64,000 nucleotides of DNA from an uncultured Gemmatimonadaceae bacterium (GCA_963790305.1 CAWBOC010000009.1:896001-960000), one strand, 5' to 3'. Positions 19,286 through 29,683 are shown, numbered from the stretch's first letter. The notes: a model not told the origin generated them from the letters alone. Numbers and translations: made by a program.

Positions 19286-21291
19286 TTGGCGAGTCCGCGT
19301 CCTACTCACATTCTCGGCATTTCCGCTTTCTATCACGATAGCGCAGCCTGCTTGCTGCGAGACGGCGAGATCGTCGCCGCTGGGCAGGAGGAGCGCTTTA
19401 CGCGTAAGAAAGGCGACGCCGATTTTCCCGCCAACGCGGTTCGCTACTGCCTGTCGGCGGCCGGCATTGGTCTCGAAGACGTCGACCATGTCGGCTTCTA
19501 CGACAAGCCGCTGCTCAAGTTCGAGCGGATTCTCGAGACGTACCTCGGTGTCGCCCCGCGCGGATTCAGCTCGTTCCTCAAGGCGGGACCGCTGTGGGTA
19601 AAGGAAAAGCTCTTCACCGACCGGCAGCTTCGTGACGCACTCGGCGGGTATAAGGGGGACCTTCTGTACGCCGAGCATCACGAGTCGCACGCGGCGAGCG
19701 CTTTCTTCCCCAGCCCGTTCCAGGAGGCGGCCGTCCTCACCATGGATGGTGTCGGCGAGTGGGCCACAGCCTCCTATGGCGTTGGACGCGGCAACGAGCT
19801 GCAGCTCCTCAAGGAGCTTCGCTGGCCCGATTCGCTCGGACTTCTGTACTCCGCGTTCACCTATTACACCGGCTTCAAGGTGAATTCGGGCGAGTACAAG
19901 GTGATGGGCCTCGCCCCATATGGAACGCCGAAGTACGTGGACCTCATCTTTCGCGAGCTGGTGAATCTGCGCGAGGATGGCTCGTTCACGCTCAACCAGA
20001 AGTACTTCAACTATCTCTCCGGCCTCACGATGACCAATGAGGCGTTCAACGAGCTCTTCGGCGGTCCGCCGCGTGAGCCGGAGACGAAGCTGACGCAAAA
20101 GGAGATGGACCTCGCCCGGTCGGTCCAGGTCGTTTGCGAAGAGATCATGCTGCGCATGGCACGCACGGTCCATCGCGAAACCGGCATGGAGAATCTCTGT
20201 CTCGCGGGTGGAGTCGCTCTCAACTGCGTCGGCAACGGTCGGATTCTCCGCGAAGGGCCGTTCAAGCAGCTGTGGATCCAGCCCGCCGCCGGTGATGCGG
20301 GCGGTGCGTTAGGTGTGGCACAGCTGATTTGGCACCGCCATCTCGAAGAAGCCTCGCACCGTCGCCAGCCCCGCTCCGTTCGCGGCAGTGGGCGCGGGGT
20401 CGAACGGCAATGGAGGAAGACCCGCGGCGCCTCGTGGTGTCGTGGAACCAGACTATGCATCGACCGGTGGCGCCGCCGTCGCCGTAGCGACCACGCCCGC
20501 GAGGACGAGCGTCCTCGCAGCCGCGACATCCCACGCGCCTGACGGGATGCGGGGAGCCTACCTCGGCCCCGAGTTCTCGCCGGATGAGATCGAGAAGTTC
20601 CTGACGTCGATCGGGGCTCCCTATCACCGTCTCGACCGCGCAGCGCTGGTGGATCGGATTGCCGATCTGCTGGCGGACGACAAGGTGCTCGGCTTCTTCA
20701 ATGGGCGCATGGAGTTTGGTCCGCGCGCCCTCGGTGCCCGGAGCATCATCGGCGACGCGCGCAGCTCGCGCATGCAGGCGCAGATGAACCTCAAGATCAA
20801 GTTCCGCGAGAGCTTCCGACCGTTCGCTCCGAGCGTGCTGCGCGAGCGAGTCGCGGATTACTTCGAGATGGATTGCGATTCGCCGTACATGCTCCTGGTC
20901 GGTCCGGTGAAGGAGGAGCGTCAAATTCCCGATGAGCGACGCCCAGCAGCAGCTCTGGGGGATCGAGCAGCTGAACGTCGTGCGCTCGGACATTCCCGCC
21001 ATCACGCACATCGACTATTCGGCGCGCGTGCAGACAGTGAGCCGTGATACGAATCCCAACTACTACGACGTGATCAAGGCGTTCGAGCAGCGCACCGGAT
21101 GCGCCGTGATCGTGAATACGTCGTTCAACGTTCGTGGCGAGCCCATCGTGTGCACGCCTGAGGACGCGTACCGCTGCTTCATGCGGACGCACATTGATCA
21201 CCTGGTGCTGTGGCCGTTCCTGCTGGACAAGACGGCGCAGCCGACGTGGAAGGAGACGAGCGATTGGCGCACGGAATTCCAGCTCGATTGA
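19286..21291 (+). CDS. O-carbamoyltransferase (NodU/CmcH/SxtI family); frameshifts near 20346 and 20929
   Basis: ILGISAFYHDSAA, EERFTRKK, EHHESHAASAF, DGVGE, GEYKVMGLA, AGGVALN, GRMEFGPRALGARS, KFRESFRPFAP and NTSFNVRGEPIV spread over three frames. TTG start after AGGAGG. Confidence 0.92.
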
Positions 21292-21662
21292 GCCCTGCTG
21301 AGGGCCGCAAGTTCGCCCTCACCGTGGGAGCGGCCTTTGTCGCGCTCGCGGGATTTACGTGGTGGAGAGGTCACCAGAAGGTCGCGACAGTGGCCGGCGC
21401 GCTCGGCACGGCGTTCCTGCTCGCGGGGCTCATCGCCCCGGGCCAGCTGGGCCTCATCTATCGCGGGTGGATGGCGTTCGGCCTGGCGCTCTCGAAGATC
21501 ACGACGCCGATCTTCATGGGTATCGTGTACTTCGTGGTGATTACGCCGATGGGTATTCTCCGTCGGGCGATCGGGCGCAACGCGCTGATCGCGCGCGGAA
21601 CGACGACGGTTTGGGCGACGCGTGACCTCCAGGCGTCCAGTGATCTCAACAGACAGTTTTGA
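21264..21662 (+). CDS. SxtJ-family membrane protein
   Basis: GRKFALTVG, WMAFGLALSKITTPIFMGIVYFVVITPMG, ends RQF; directly follows the carbamoyltransferase. Confidence 0.8.
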   Translation: MAHGIPARLSPAEGRKFALTVGAAFVALAGFTWWRGHQKVATVAGALGTAFLLAGLIAPGQLGLIYRGWMAFGLALSKITTPIFMGIVYFVVITPMGILRRAIGRNALIARGTTTVWATRDLQASSDLNRQF

Positions 21663-21677
21663 ACTCGAGGAGATTCC

Positions 21678-21839
21678 ATGAGCCAGTCGAGCAATTTGGT
21701 AAGTGAGCTGTGGGCGTTCATGCGAGAGCGAAAGAAGTTCTGGTTGCTGCCGATCCTCGTGGTACTCTTCCTCGTCGGCTCGCTCCTGGTCTTCGCGCAG
21801 GGCTCAGCGCTCGCGCCCTTCATCTACACGATTTTCTAG
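21678..21839 (+). CDS. SxtK/DUF5989-like small membrane protein (53 aa)
   Basis: Below the ORF-track cutoff. MSQSSNLVSELWAFMRERKKFWLLPILVVLFLVGSLLVFAQGSALAPFIYTIF; GAGGAG RBS. Confidence 0.88.
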   Translation: MSQSSNLVSELWAFMRERKKFWLLPILVVLFLVGSLLVFAQGSALAPFIYTIF

Positions 21840-21847
21840 GAAAGTCG

Positions 21848-21873
21848 GGAGCGGATGCGATCGCATCCGCTCC
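21848..21873. terminator. Perfect 26-bp palindrome after the SxtK-like gene
   Basis: GGAGCGGATGCGATCGCATCCGCTCC; no U tail. Confidence 0.5.
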
Positions 21874-21919
21874 GGCTTCCCCGGCGTAGATCCGCGGCAG
21901 TCCCCCACCCTCCACCCCG

Positions 21920-22948
21920 GTGGCGACTGCGGTGCGCACGCTCCTGCGACGAGTGCTGAGCCTGTTCGGTGTGGTTGTCTACCACACCGGCCTCGCTCCG
22001 CTCGTCATGTGGCTCAACCGCCGGACGCCGAAAGTCCTGCTCTATCACGCGTGTGAGCCCGCCGAGTCGGACTTTGTCGGGGGCTTGAACTCGAATACGA
22101 CACCCGACGTATTCGCGGGGCAGCTCGATTTCCTGCAGGAGCGCTACCAGGTGATTCCTCTAGCGCTGCTGGAGGAGGGGCCGATCCCCGACCGCGCGGT
22201 CGTGATCACCTTCGATGATGGATACCGCTCCGTGTACGAGGCGGCGTATCCCCTGTTGAGCGCGCGAGGCATGCCGGCGACGGTCTATCTGGTGACGTCC
22301 GCGGTCGACAATTCCGTCCTCGTCTGGGTGAACGCGCTGAACTGGCTGCTGCATCGTCACCCGGCGATCTGCGCCCCGATCGCGCATCGCCTCCTTCGCA
22401 CGCCGGTCGCGTTCCGCTCCGCGCGGGAGCACGTGTTGCACGCGCAGGCGCATTACGATGCGGCGCTAATCGAGACCGCCCTCGCTGAAATGTGGCAGGC
22501 AGCAGGGATCGACCCCGCCGCATTCGCCACCGAGGCCGGTCTATATCTCACGACCGCGCAGATCCGCGAGCTGACACTGAAGGGGTGGTCCTTCGGCAGT
22601 CACACCGCTCGGCACCCCAACCTCCGCTGCCTCGACGAGCCGGAGCGGCGCGCCGAGTTGGAGACAGCATTTCGATTCGTTGCGGGGATCAGCGGCCGAC
22701 CGTCCCTGTCGTACCCCTTCGGCGAATTCGATACTGACACGCGCCGCCTCGCCGTCTCCCTCGGCCATCGCACGATAATGCAGGTGGGTGGCGTGAATCG
22801 CCCGCTCCAACTCTCAGCCGTCGCTCGGATCCCAGTGACCGCTGAATCCCGAGCAGCGTTCTTCGCGGAGATGGAAATCGTGACCCCAGTTCTGGCGTGG
22901 GCCAGGCGACTTACCGAGCGAAATCGATACTCCGTCGCAACCGACTAA
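21920..22948 (+). CDS. Polysaccharide deacetylase (CE4/NodB-like)
   Basis: LLYH, ITFDDGY, GSHTARHPNL, SYPFG. Confidence 0.88.
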   Translation: MATAVRTLLRRVLSLFGVVVYHTGLAPLVMWLNRRTPKVLLYHACEPAESDFVGGLNSNTTPDVFAGQLDFLQERYQVIPLALLEEGPIPDRAVVITFDDGYRSVYEAAYPLLSARGMPATVYLVTSAVDNSVLVWVNALNWLLHRHPAICAPIAHRLLRTPVAFRSAREHVLHAQAHYDAALIETALAEMWQAAGIDPAAFATEAGLYLTTAQIRELTLKGWSFGSHTARHPNLRCLDEPERRAELETAFRFVAGISGRPSLSYPFGEFDTDTRRLAVSLGHRTIMQVGGVNRPLQLSAVARIPVTAESRAAFFAEMEIVTPVLAWARRLTERNRYSVATD

Positions 22949-22972
22949 CCTGTCTCTCGCCTGGAGCGATTG

Positions 22973-24139
22973 ATGGCGTCGACCCGAGGCAATATCGCGC
23001 TGCTTGTGCTGTCCACGGTTCTCTCGATCGTTGCGGTCGAGGCGATCCTGCGTGCGGTGGCGCCGATCGCGGATCCGTACAAGCTGAACAAGCGGCGACC
23101 GAACGTCGTTCAGACATACCTCCGGTCATCGTTTCCTCCGAACATGCGGGTTCAGTTGTCGACCGAGGAGGGGCTGCCGGGGATGGACGGCAGAGCGACC
23201 ACGTTCTCGACGAATAACGTGGGACTCCGGGGCGACAGCCTGCCAATGCCGAAACCGGACGATGAGCTACGTGTCTTCGTCGTCGGCGGCAGCACGACGG
23301 AAACTCTGTACCTCGATGACCGGCAGGCGTTGACGCGCGTATTACAGAATCGCCTGGACACGATCGTCTCCGGGATGCGGGTCAAGGTCTACGGCGCCGG
23401 GAAATCGGGCGCGAGGAGCTACGACCACATCGAGATGATCGCGCACCGACTCGTCCATCTCGAGCCGGACGTGCTCATCGTGTTTGCCGGCATCAACGAC
23501 CTGCGCGCCGCGATGTACGGCCGGGATTTTCTCATGCTGCCTCCTGCGTTCGGCGCGCCGGACACGGAGTGGTCGCTGATGCAGTTTCTGCGCTTCGCGA
23601 TGACCGAGTTTCAACTGGGACGTCGTCTCTTCTCGCTGCTGAAGCCAGACGAGTATCGCGATGCCGTCGAACAGATCACGCTCCGGAGCAACTTCCGTCG
23701 GTCTGTCAGGATGCGAGAGGCGCTTCCCGTGAGCGCGAGCCCACCCAGGACCGACGTGGCACGATACCGGGACAACATGAGATCAATCGTCGGGATCGCG
23801 AGGTCGCACGGCATCGATCTCGTTTTCCTGACGCAGGCCACGACGTGGAACAGCCGCGTGGACTCGGCGATCGCAAAGTGGCACTGGATGACGGGCGGCC
23901 CGGACAGCGCATACCGCGAAGAGGCGCTCGATCGTGCGATGGAAGCGTATAACGATGCAGTCCGCGCCGTCGCCGCCGAGTTCGACGTCCCCCTCTTCGA
24001 CCTCGCGCGCCTACTGCCGAAGTCGGGGGAATACTTCTACGACAATGTTCATTTCAATCCACGGGGCGCCGAGACCGTCGGTGCGAGGTTGGCATCGTTC
24101 GTGTCGGAGAACACGCGGTTGAAGAAGGTGTTGCGTTAG
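22973..24139 (+). CDS. Membrane-anchored SGNH/GDSL-fold protein
   Basis: N-terminal TM; VGGSTT, GIND and DNVH blocks. Confidence 0.8.
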   Translation: MASTRGNIALLVLSTVLSIVAVEAILRAVAPIADPYKLNKRRPNVVQTYLRSSFPPNMRVQLSTEEGLPGMDGRATTFSTNNVGLRGDSLPMPKPDDELRVFVVGGSTTETLYLDDRQALTRVLQNRLDTIVSGMRVKVYGAGKSGARSYDHIEMIAHRLVHLEPDVLIVFAGINDLRAAMYGRDFLMLPPAFGAPDTEWSLMQFLRFAMTEFQLGRRLFSLLKPDEYRDAVEQITLRSNFRRSVRMREALPVSASPPRTDVARYRDNMRSIVGIARSHGIDLVFLTQATTWNSRVDSAIAKWHWMTGGPDSAYREEALDRAMEAYNDAVRAVAAEFDVPLFDLARLLPKSGEYFYDNVHFNPRGAETVGARLASFVSENTRLKKVLR

Positions 24140-24386
24140 CTGCAAGCCCGCTTCGCATTTGCCCACCCCGGTCGACTTTTTTCCGGTTGGCGGAGGTGTG
24201 GAGTCGCTGCAACACACGGCAGGGTCCGAGCAGATTCCACGAGGGCGAGCGCACTCCTATCTCTTTATGAGGAAGTGGTTTAGCCATGGGAGCAGCACCT
24301 CGACGCGTCTGTCCAAGTTCTTGCAATCGTGGATGCCGCCTCAGGGTCACCACTCATTCACGACCAGTGTCAAGTAAAGACTACCA

Positions 24387-25466
24387 ATGCAGCAGCTAGT
24401 GGAGCCTCGCGACGCGTCGCGGGCGCCGATGCACGAGCGCTTCCCCACACTCGACTGGCCCAGGGGCGAGACCCGACCCTTCCAGTCGCGCGCGTGGCTG
24501 CGGCACTGGGTCGAGCACCGCGGTGCCGGGCTGGAGTCCTTTCCGATTGTGGTGGACGGCGGCGCCACCGTCGCGCCGTTTGGACGGCTTCGAGTTGCTG
24601 GCCTGCGTGTTCTCCGGTTGCTTGGCAGCGGTGACTCTGACTTCAACGGCCTCATCTCCACGCACGGTGCGGACGCTGCGTGGGACAGCGTGGTCGCGGA
24701 ATTGGCGCGACGCCGGCGCGAGTGGGATCTCCTTCACCTTCATTCGGTAGCCGAGCGCGACGCGATCTTACCGGCACTCGAGCGGCATTTGGGCCGCTCG
24801 GGGGCGGCGCGGCTCTACGAAGCCTGCCCGTTCATCCGTCTTGCAGGCACGTGGGGCCAGTTCATTGGCGCGCGCAAAAGGCTGCGTGGCGAAGTGGGAC
24901 GGTGGACCCGGCGGCTCGAGGAAATGGGGCCACTCACCCTCCGCTCGGTAAAGGCGCCGGTCCCGCAGGAAGTACTCGACGTCATCGTGGAAATCGAGCG
25001 GGATTCGTGGAAGTGGGAGCACGGCAATGCCGCATTCAAGCCGGGCAGTCAACGCGATTTCCTGTTTGCGGTACTGCGGGACGCCGAAGCACCCGCACGT
25101 GTGTGGACTCTCAGCGTAGGCGATCGCGTTGCCGCTTTCGGGATTGTGCTCGAGGGCGCAACGCGCTGGTGTTTTTACCTCGCCGCGTATCGTCAGGAGT
25201 TCAAGAACGCCGGGTCGATGCTGCTCGCGCGTCTGGTCGAGGCGGCGCACGACGCCGGCTGTACATCGTTCTCGCTCCTGCGGGGGGATCTGCACTACAA
25301 ATACGATTGGGCGAACGAAAGCGAAGATGTCTACGAGATTGTGTGCGCTTCCAACCCACTCGGTCAGCTGGGTGCCCTGGCCTACCAGGCGCGTTGGCGC
25401 GCTGCCACTTCCCCGCTGATTCGGCGCGTGCGCTCCGTTCTCTTCAGGGCCGGGGACCGGCGGTGA
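24387..25466 (+). CDS. GNAT family acyltransferase (CelD/BcsL-like)
   Basis: PFQSRAWL, SDFNG, ERDSWK, LLRGDLHYKYDWA. Confidence 0.8.
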   Translation: MQQLVEPRDASRAPMHERFPTLDWPRGETRPFQSRAWLRHWVEHRGAGLESFPIVVDGGATVAPFGRLRVAGLRVLRLLGSGDSDFNGLISTHGADAAWDSVVAELARRRREWDLLHLHSVAERDAILPALERHLGRSGAARLYEACPFIRLAGTWGQFIGARKRLRGEVGRWTRRLEEMGPLTLRSVKAPVPQEVLDVIVEIERDSWKWEHGNAAFKPGSQRDFLFAVLRDAEAPARVWTLSVGDRVAAFGIVLEGATRWCFYLAAYRQEFKNAGSMLLARLVEAAHDAGCTSFSLLRGDLHYKYDWANESEDVYEIVCASNPLGQLGALAYQARWRAATSPLIRRVRSVLFRAGDRR

Positions 25467-25515
25467 AATTGTTTCCCTCGGTGAGCGCCACGACTCGGCC
25501 TGCGCGCACCGCTTG

Positions 25516-26142
25516 ATGCTTCGCCATTTGCAGGAGGCGCGCGCGCGCGCCAAAGAACACGGCTGGGGTCCCGTCATGATTCTGATCAAACAGGCGCTCC
25601 GCGAGCGGATGACCAATCCGTGGCATCTGATGTATTGGATTCCGACGACAGAGGTGAACCTGGTCCCTTTGCCGTCGAACGGATCATTCATGGTGATTAC
25701 CGATCCGGTGCGTGAATTGAGTCCCGCGCAGCGCAAGGTTCTCATCGACGCGCTCGGACCGCGCTCGGACAAACAAGCCGAAGAGCGATTGGCCAGCGGA
25801 GCGCTCCTTCACGTCCTTTTTGTCAATGAGATGGTGGCGGGTACCCTCTTCACCGTTTCCGGTGCAGCACGTCGTTTCCAGCACATGGTCCTGACCAATG
25901 GCGACAGCATGGTACTCGACGCGCGCATCGTACCCGCATTCAGGGGGCGCGGCCTGTACCCTGTTCTGCTCGCGCACGCAGCCGACGCCCTGCGAGCTCA
26001 CGGACAAGACCGTCTCTACATCGACACCCTGGAAACCAACACAGCTTCGCTGCGAGCGTATGCCAAGGTCGGCTTCCGCTTTCTGACACGATATCGCATG
26101 TCGTGGCGTCGGCATTACCGTTTCGCCGAGGCACCGCTGTGA
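25516..26142 (+). CDS. GNAT family N-acetyltransferase
   Basis: PAFRGRGLY and NTASLRAYAKVGF acetyl-CoA-binding motifs. Confidence 0.78.
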   Translation: MLRHLQEARARAKEHGWGPVMILIKQALRERMTNPWHLMYWIPTTEVNLVPLPSNGSFMVITDPVRELSPAQRKVLIDALGPRSDKQAEERLASGALLHVLFVNEMVAGTLFTVSGAARRFQHMVLTNGDSMVLDARIVPAFRGRGLYPVLLAHAADALRAHGQDRLYIDTLETNTASLRAYAKVGFRFLTRYRMSWRRHYRFAEAPL

Positions 26143-26147
26143 TCAGA

Positions 26148-27248
26148 ATGCGCGAGCCTTTGCGTGTTTGTCACTTCGTATCAGGCGATGCGTGGGGCGG
26201 ACTGGAAGCCATGGCGTTGAGTCTCGTGCGCGCCCAGCACGCCGATCCGGCGTACGAGGTCAGTCTCATCGCGCTCAACAATGGACGCTTGTATCGGGAA
26301 GCAATGGCGGAAGGCATCGCCGTGCACTTGCTGCCGGAGCGCGAGCTGAATGCGTGGCAGCTCGTTCGTGGACTTCGACGAGTCCTGACCTCGTTGCGAG
26401 CGCAGGTGCTTCACACGCACCGGTACAAGGAGAACTTCTTTTCGTACCTGGTTGCGCCCGGACTCGGGATTCGGCCGGTCGTTACCCTGCACGGGTACGG
26501 GCCGAGCTCCTTCACACCGGCAGGAATAAAAACCTTCGTCAGGGATTTTATTTCCTTTCGCCTCGCTCGGCGCGCTCGCGCGCAATTCGTCGCCGTGTCT
26601 CGCGATCTCCAACGCCTCTACCGTCCCAAGGACGACGACTGCGTCACAATTCCGAACGGTGTTGCCGCACCCGCCGGGTCATCTCGTCAGGGAAAGAATG
26701 GTGACCGGCCACTCGTCATTGGCTGGGTGGGACGGCTGGTTCCCATCAAGTCGGTCGGGACGCTCTTGGAAGCGCTCACGCACATGGGTGCGGATAGCGG
26801 GCAGCCGACCGTACTCCTGGTTGGTGATGGCCCCGAGCGCGCAGCGCTTGCCGAGCACGCGAAGCGCCTGGGGATCCAGAGTCGAGTTCAGTTTACGGGC
26901 TACGTCGAAGATCTCTCGCCGTTCCTTGCCCGCATGGATGTATTCGCCCTGCCTTCCCTACATGAGGGCGCGCCAATGGCGCTGTTGGAAGCCATGGCCG
27001 CCGGGGTGCCTGGGGTGGCAGCCCGGGTAGGCGGAATCCCGGAAATGATCGGCGAAAGCGGAGCAGCATGTCTGGTTGAGGGGCATGATCCGGTCGTGTG
27101 GGCGCGTGCAATAGAGGGCATTCTCGCTGATCGAGCGGCCACCGATGAGATGGTCAATCGCGCGCGCCGGCTCGTATCCGAGCGCTTTTCAGTCGACGCG
27201 ATGCACACCAGGTACGGCGAGCTGTATCACGCGATCATTACGCGTTGA
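26148..27248 (+). CDS. GT4 family glycosyltransferase
   Basis: GGLE, VGRLVPIK, PSLHEGAPMALLEAMA (EX7E). May start at GTG 26139. Confidence 0.9.
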   Translation: MREPLRVCHFVSGDAWGGLEAMALSLVRAQHADPAYEVSLIALNNGRLYREAMAEGIAVHLLPERELNAWQLVRGLRRVLTSLRAQVLHTHRYKENFFSYLVAPGLGIRPVVTLHGYGPSSFTPAGIKTFVRDFISFRLARRARAQFVAVSRDLQRLYRPKDDDCVTIPNGVAAPAGSSRQGKNGDRPLVIGWVGRLVPIKSVGTLLEALTHMGADSGQPTVLLVGDGPERAALAEHAKRLGIQSRVQFTGYVEDLSPFLARMDVFALPSLHEGAPMALLEAMAAGVPGVAARVGGIPEMIGESGAACLVEGHDPVVWARAIEGILADRAATDEMVNRARRLVSERFSVDAMHTRYGELYHAIITR

Positions 27249-27260
27249 ACCGTTAGGTGG

Positions 27261-28595
27261 CTACGATTTTCCGTTGACTGGAGTGACTTCCGCATTGGCG
27301 CCGGGTTGCGGGCGCACGCGAAGGATCAGGTCGTCCTGCACCGAGGCCGGGCCACGTCCATCACGATTACTGGTTGTGATCCAGAGCTGACCATCAGGAC
27401 CCATTCGTACCGCCCGAATGCGGCCGACGGTCTGCGAGAGCAATACCTCTTCCTGGATCACCTTCAACTGCCCGATGGCGGCCGCCGTGGAGTCGAACAC
27501 CACGCGACGAAGCTGCCGGCCCCGAAGGCCCCCAACGAAAGCGTTGCCTTGCCATGGCGCGTATGGCCCGGTGTAGAAGGCAATGCCGCCTGGCGCGATT
27601 GCCGGGGACCATTCCGCGACGGGGTCGACGAATCGCGCGTCAGCCGCCCTGCCAGCGACCACCGGCCAGCCGTAGTTCGCGCCTGGGGTTACCAGATTCA
27701 GCTCATCCCTCCCGGATCGGCCGCCTTCATGAGGCAGCGAGCTGGGACCGTGTTCGGTTGTGATCAGCAGGTTGCGCGCTGGATGCCACGCGAGTGCCTG
27801 CGGATTGCGCAACCCAATGGCATAGACGGGTGACCCCGGAATTGGGTTGTCATTCGGCACGCTTCCGTCGGCACGATACCGCAGGATGCTGCCGGATCCC
27901 GTTTCGGGGTCATTGGAAAATGCCGATGCGAGCGCCTCGCCTACGGTCACGTAGAGGTTACCATCGGGGCCGAACGCCAGCGCGCCACCTGCATGATAGA
28001 AGTTGGCGGGCAGGTCATCGATCACGACCGTGGCGTCAACTCCTTTCCCGCCGCGGTCCGTCAGGCGATACACACGGTTCTCGTATGGGATGGCCGCACG
28101 TGGAGAGAATACGCCCGCTACCTTGCGGAAGACCCTGTCGATCGTGCGCGAGAGCGGTGCCGGGCTGCGTTTCCAGAAGGTCCCGAGCACAAAGACCTGC
28201 CCGCTCGAGGCAAAGTTCGGCGCGAGCGCGATGCCCATCAGTCCGCTTTCCGGTGCGATCTGCTCTTCGCGCGCGAATACCGGAAGCTCTGCCCAGGGGT
28301 CAACGCGTAACACGCCCTTTTCGATCACGCGCACCTGGCCGCCTCTCTCCGTGACGAACACGCGGCCATCGGGGGCAAAATCGAGCGACCAGGGTACTTC
28401 CAGCCCTGAGACGACGGTATCTACCGCGACGGCTACGCCGGATGTCGTGATCAATGCGGGCGCATCGGCTGGCGGCTCCTCGGGCGCTGAAGCAGACGGG
28501 CCCTTTTCCGGAGCGGAGTCACCCTTGGTGCAACCACTGATCGAGACCGCGCCGAGCAAGCCAACGGTGTACCAACGGTTTGTCACCCGTTTCAC
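27261..28595 (-). CDS. PQQ-dependent sugar dehydrogenase (glucose/sorbosone type), probable lipoprotein
   Basis: LEVPWSLDFAPDG, HAGGALAFGPDG, GLRNPQ, EHGP, DELN, NYGWP, GRIR; signal LLGAVSISGC. Start uncertain (ORF open to 28676). Confidence 0.85.
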   Translation of the reverse strand: MKRVTNRWYTVGLLGAVSISGCTKGDSAPEKGPSASAPEEPPADAPALITTSGVAVAVDTVVSGLEVPWSLDFAPDGRVFVTERGGQVRVIEKGVLRVDPWAELPVFAREEQIAPESGLMGIALAPNFASSGQVFVLGTFWKRSPAPLSRTIDRVFRKVAGVFSPRAAIPYENRVYRLTDRGGKGVDATVVIDDLPANFYHAGGALAFGPDGNLYVTVGEALASAFSNDPETGSGSILRYRADGSVPNDNPIPGSPVYAIGLRNPQALAWHPARNLLITTEHGPSSLPHEGGRSGRDELNLVTPGANYGWPVVAGRAADARFVDPVAEWSPAIAPGGIAFYTGPYAPWQGNAFVGGLRGRQLRRVVFDSTAAAIGQLKVIQEEVLLSQTVGRIRAVRMGPDGQLWITTSNRDGRGPASVQDDLILRVRPQPGANAEVTPVNGKS

Positions 28596-28758
28596 TGATC
28601 TCGGGATCCTTCGGTAGAACGCGTCACAGCGTTCGAGACAGGGGATGGGTGAGGTAGTCGTGTTCACGTCTGGCAAGTGCGATACTCAGGTTGGCGTGGA
28701 CTTTGATGCTTTTCTGCTGCACCACTCCCCGCGACTGTGAACAAGGGCGGCGAAATCA

Positions 28759-29673
28759 ATGATAAAGATGGTGTATTCCGTTTTCCGCCTTACGATGCTC
28801 CCACTCCTGGCGTCGTTCCACTGCGGAGACGAACCGGTACCCATAACCGACGAACCGGTACCCATAAGCAATGATGCCTCGGCTGAGCCCTCTCTCCACA
28901 CTCAGGGGCGGCTGTTTCGGTCTGATTGGAGCAGCCTCACGGGAAGCAGCGACAGCGCGCACTCCGACAAGGGGCGTTGGACCGACCTGTTTTGCAGTTC
29001 CACTGTCCGCAGCCGGGTGCTATCGGTAGTCCCCGGCTCGACTGCTGGCTGGACCGCGACGCCGAACATCATGCAGGTCACCAACCGCGGCGCACAAAAC
29101 TGCGGCATGATGGAATCCGTCGTCGCGCCCAGGGGCGCCAGCTACTTCATCCGCATGTATATCCGGGTCGAGGATGAGAACCAGTACAGCTTCCATTCCG
29201 TAAACATCAATTCGCTGGGCGACGTTCAGGTGCCGCTGTGGGCGATCTTCAACCCGGTCGCGGGCGTGGATTATTCGCCGAAGCTCACGCTGGCGCATCC
29301 CCATCCCAGCGCAATCCGCGACTGGCGGCCCCGCGCGAAGATTCGCATGGCGCAATGGTACCGCTTCGAATGGCACGTCGAGATCTTCGACGTCGCCAAC
29401 CGGTCAGCGCGTATCTGGCCTCGCATCTACGACATGGCCGATAATCTGGTCGCCGACGCGTCCGCGTACATTCAGGAAGCGCACCCCAGCAGCCCGCTGA
29501 CCTTGCAGCAGTGGTACGACAACGGCGGATTCCACCGCTTCACGGATCTCGAAATGGCCCGCAAGTTCGGCCTCGGGTACGAAGGGCCCGCCGGCGCCGC
29601 TGATCGCGGACGGAAGTGGTACTACGCAGCTGTCGAAATCAGATCGGATACCTGGGCGGGCCCGCTTCGATGA
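28759..29673 (+). CDS. Exported hypothetical protein related to the C-terminal domain of the two Ig-repeat lipoproteins
   Basis: Hydrophobic N-terminus ending in Cys, DEPVPI duplicated, YFIRMYIR, WYRFEW and WAGP motifs. Confidence 0.7.
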   Translation: MIKMVYSVFRLTMLPLLASFHCGDEPVPITDEPVPISNDASAEPSLHTQGRLFRSDWSSLTGSSDSAHSDKGRWTDLFCSSTVRSRVLSVVPGSTAGWTATPNIMQVTNRGAQNCGMMESVVAPRGASYFIRMYIRVEDENQYSFHSVNINSLGDVQVPLWAIFNPVAGVDYSPKLTLAHPHPSAIRDWRPRAKIRMAQWYRFEWHVEIFDVANRSARIWPRIYDMADNLVADASAYIQEAHPSSPLTLQQWYDNGGFHRFTDLEMARKFGLGYEGPAGAADRGRKWYYAAVEIRSDTWAGPLR

Positions 29674-29683
29674 CGCGATCTTC

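Noticed and set aside
19286..21839. Saxitoxin biosynthesis (sxtI/J/K homologues)
   Set aside because: No sxtA, sxtG or other core genes are visible; the context is polysaccharide biosynthesis.
28828..28867. 21-bp-period duplication gacgaaccggtacccataa as a target-site duplication
   Set aside because: It is an in-frame tandem duplication (DEPVPI) in a linker with no element between the copies.
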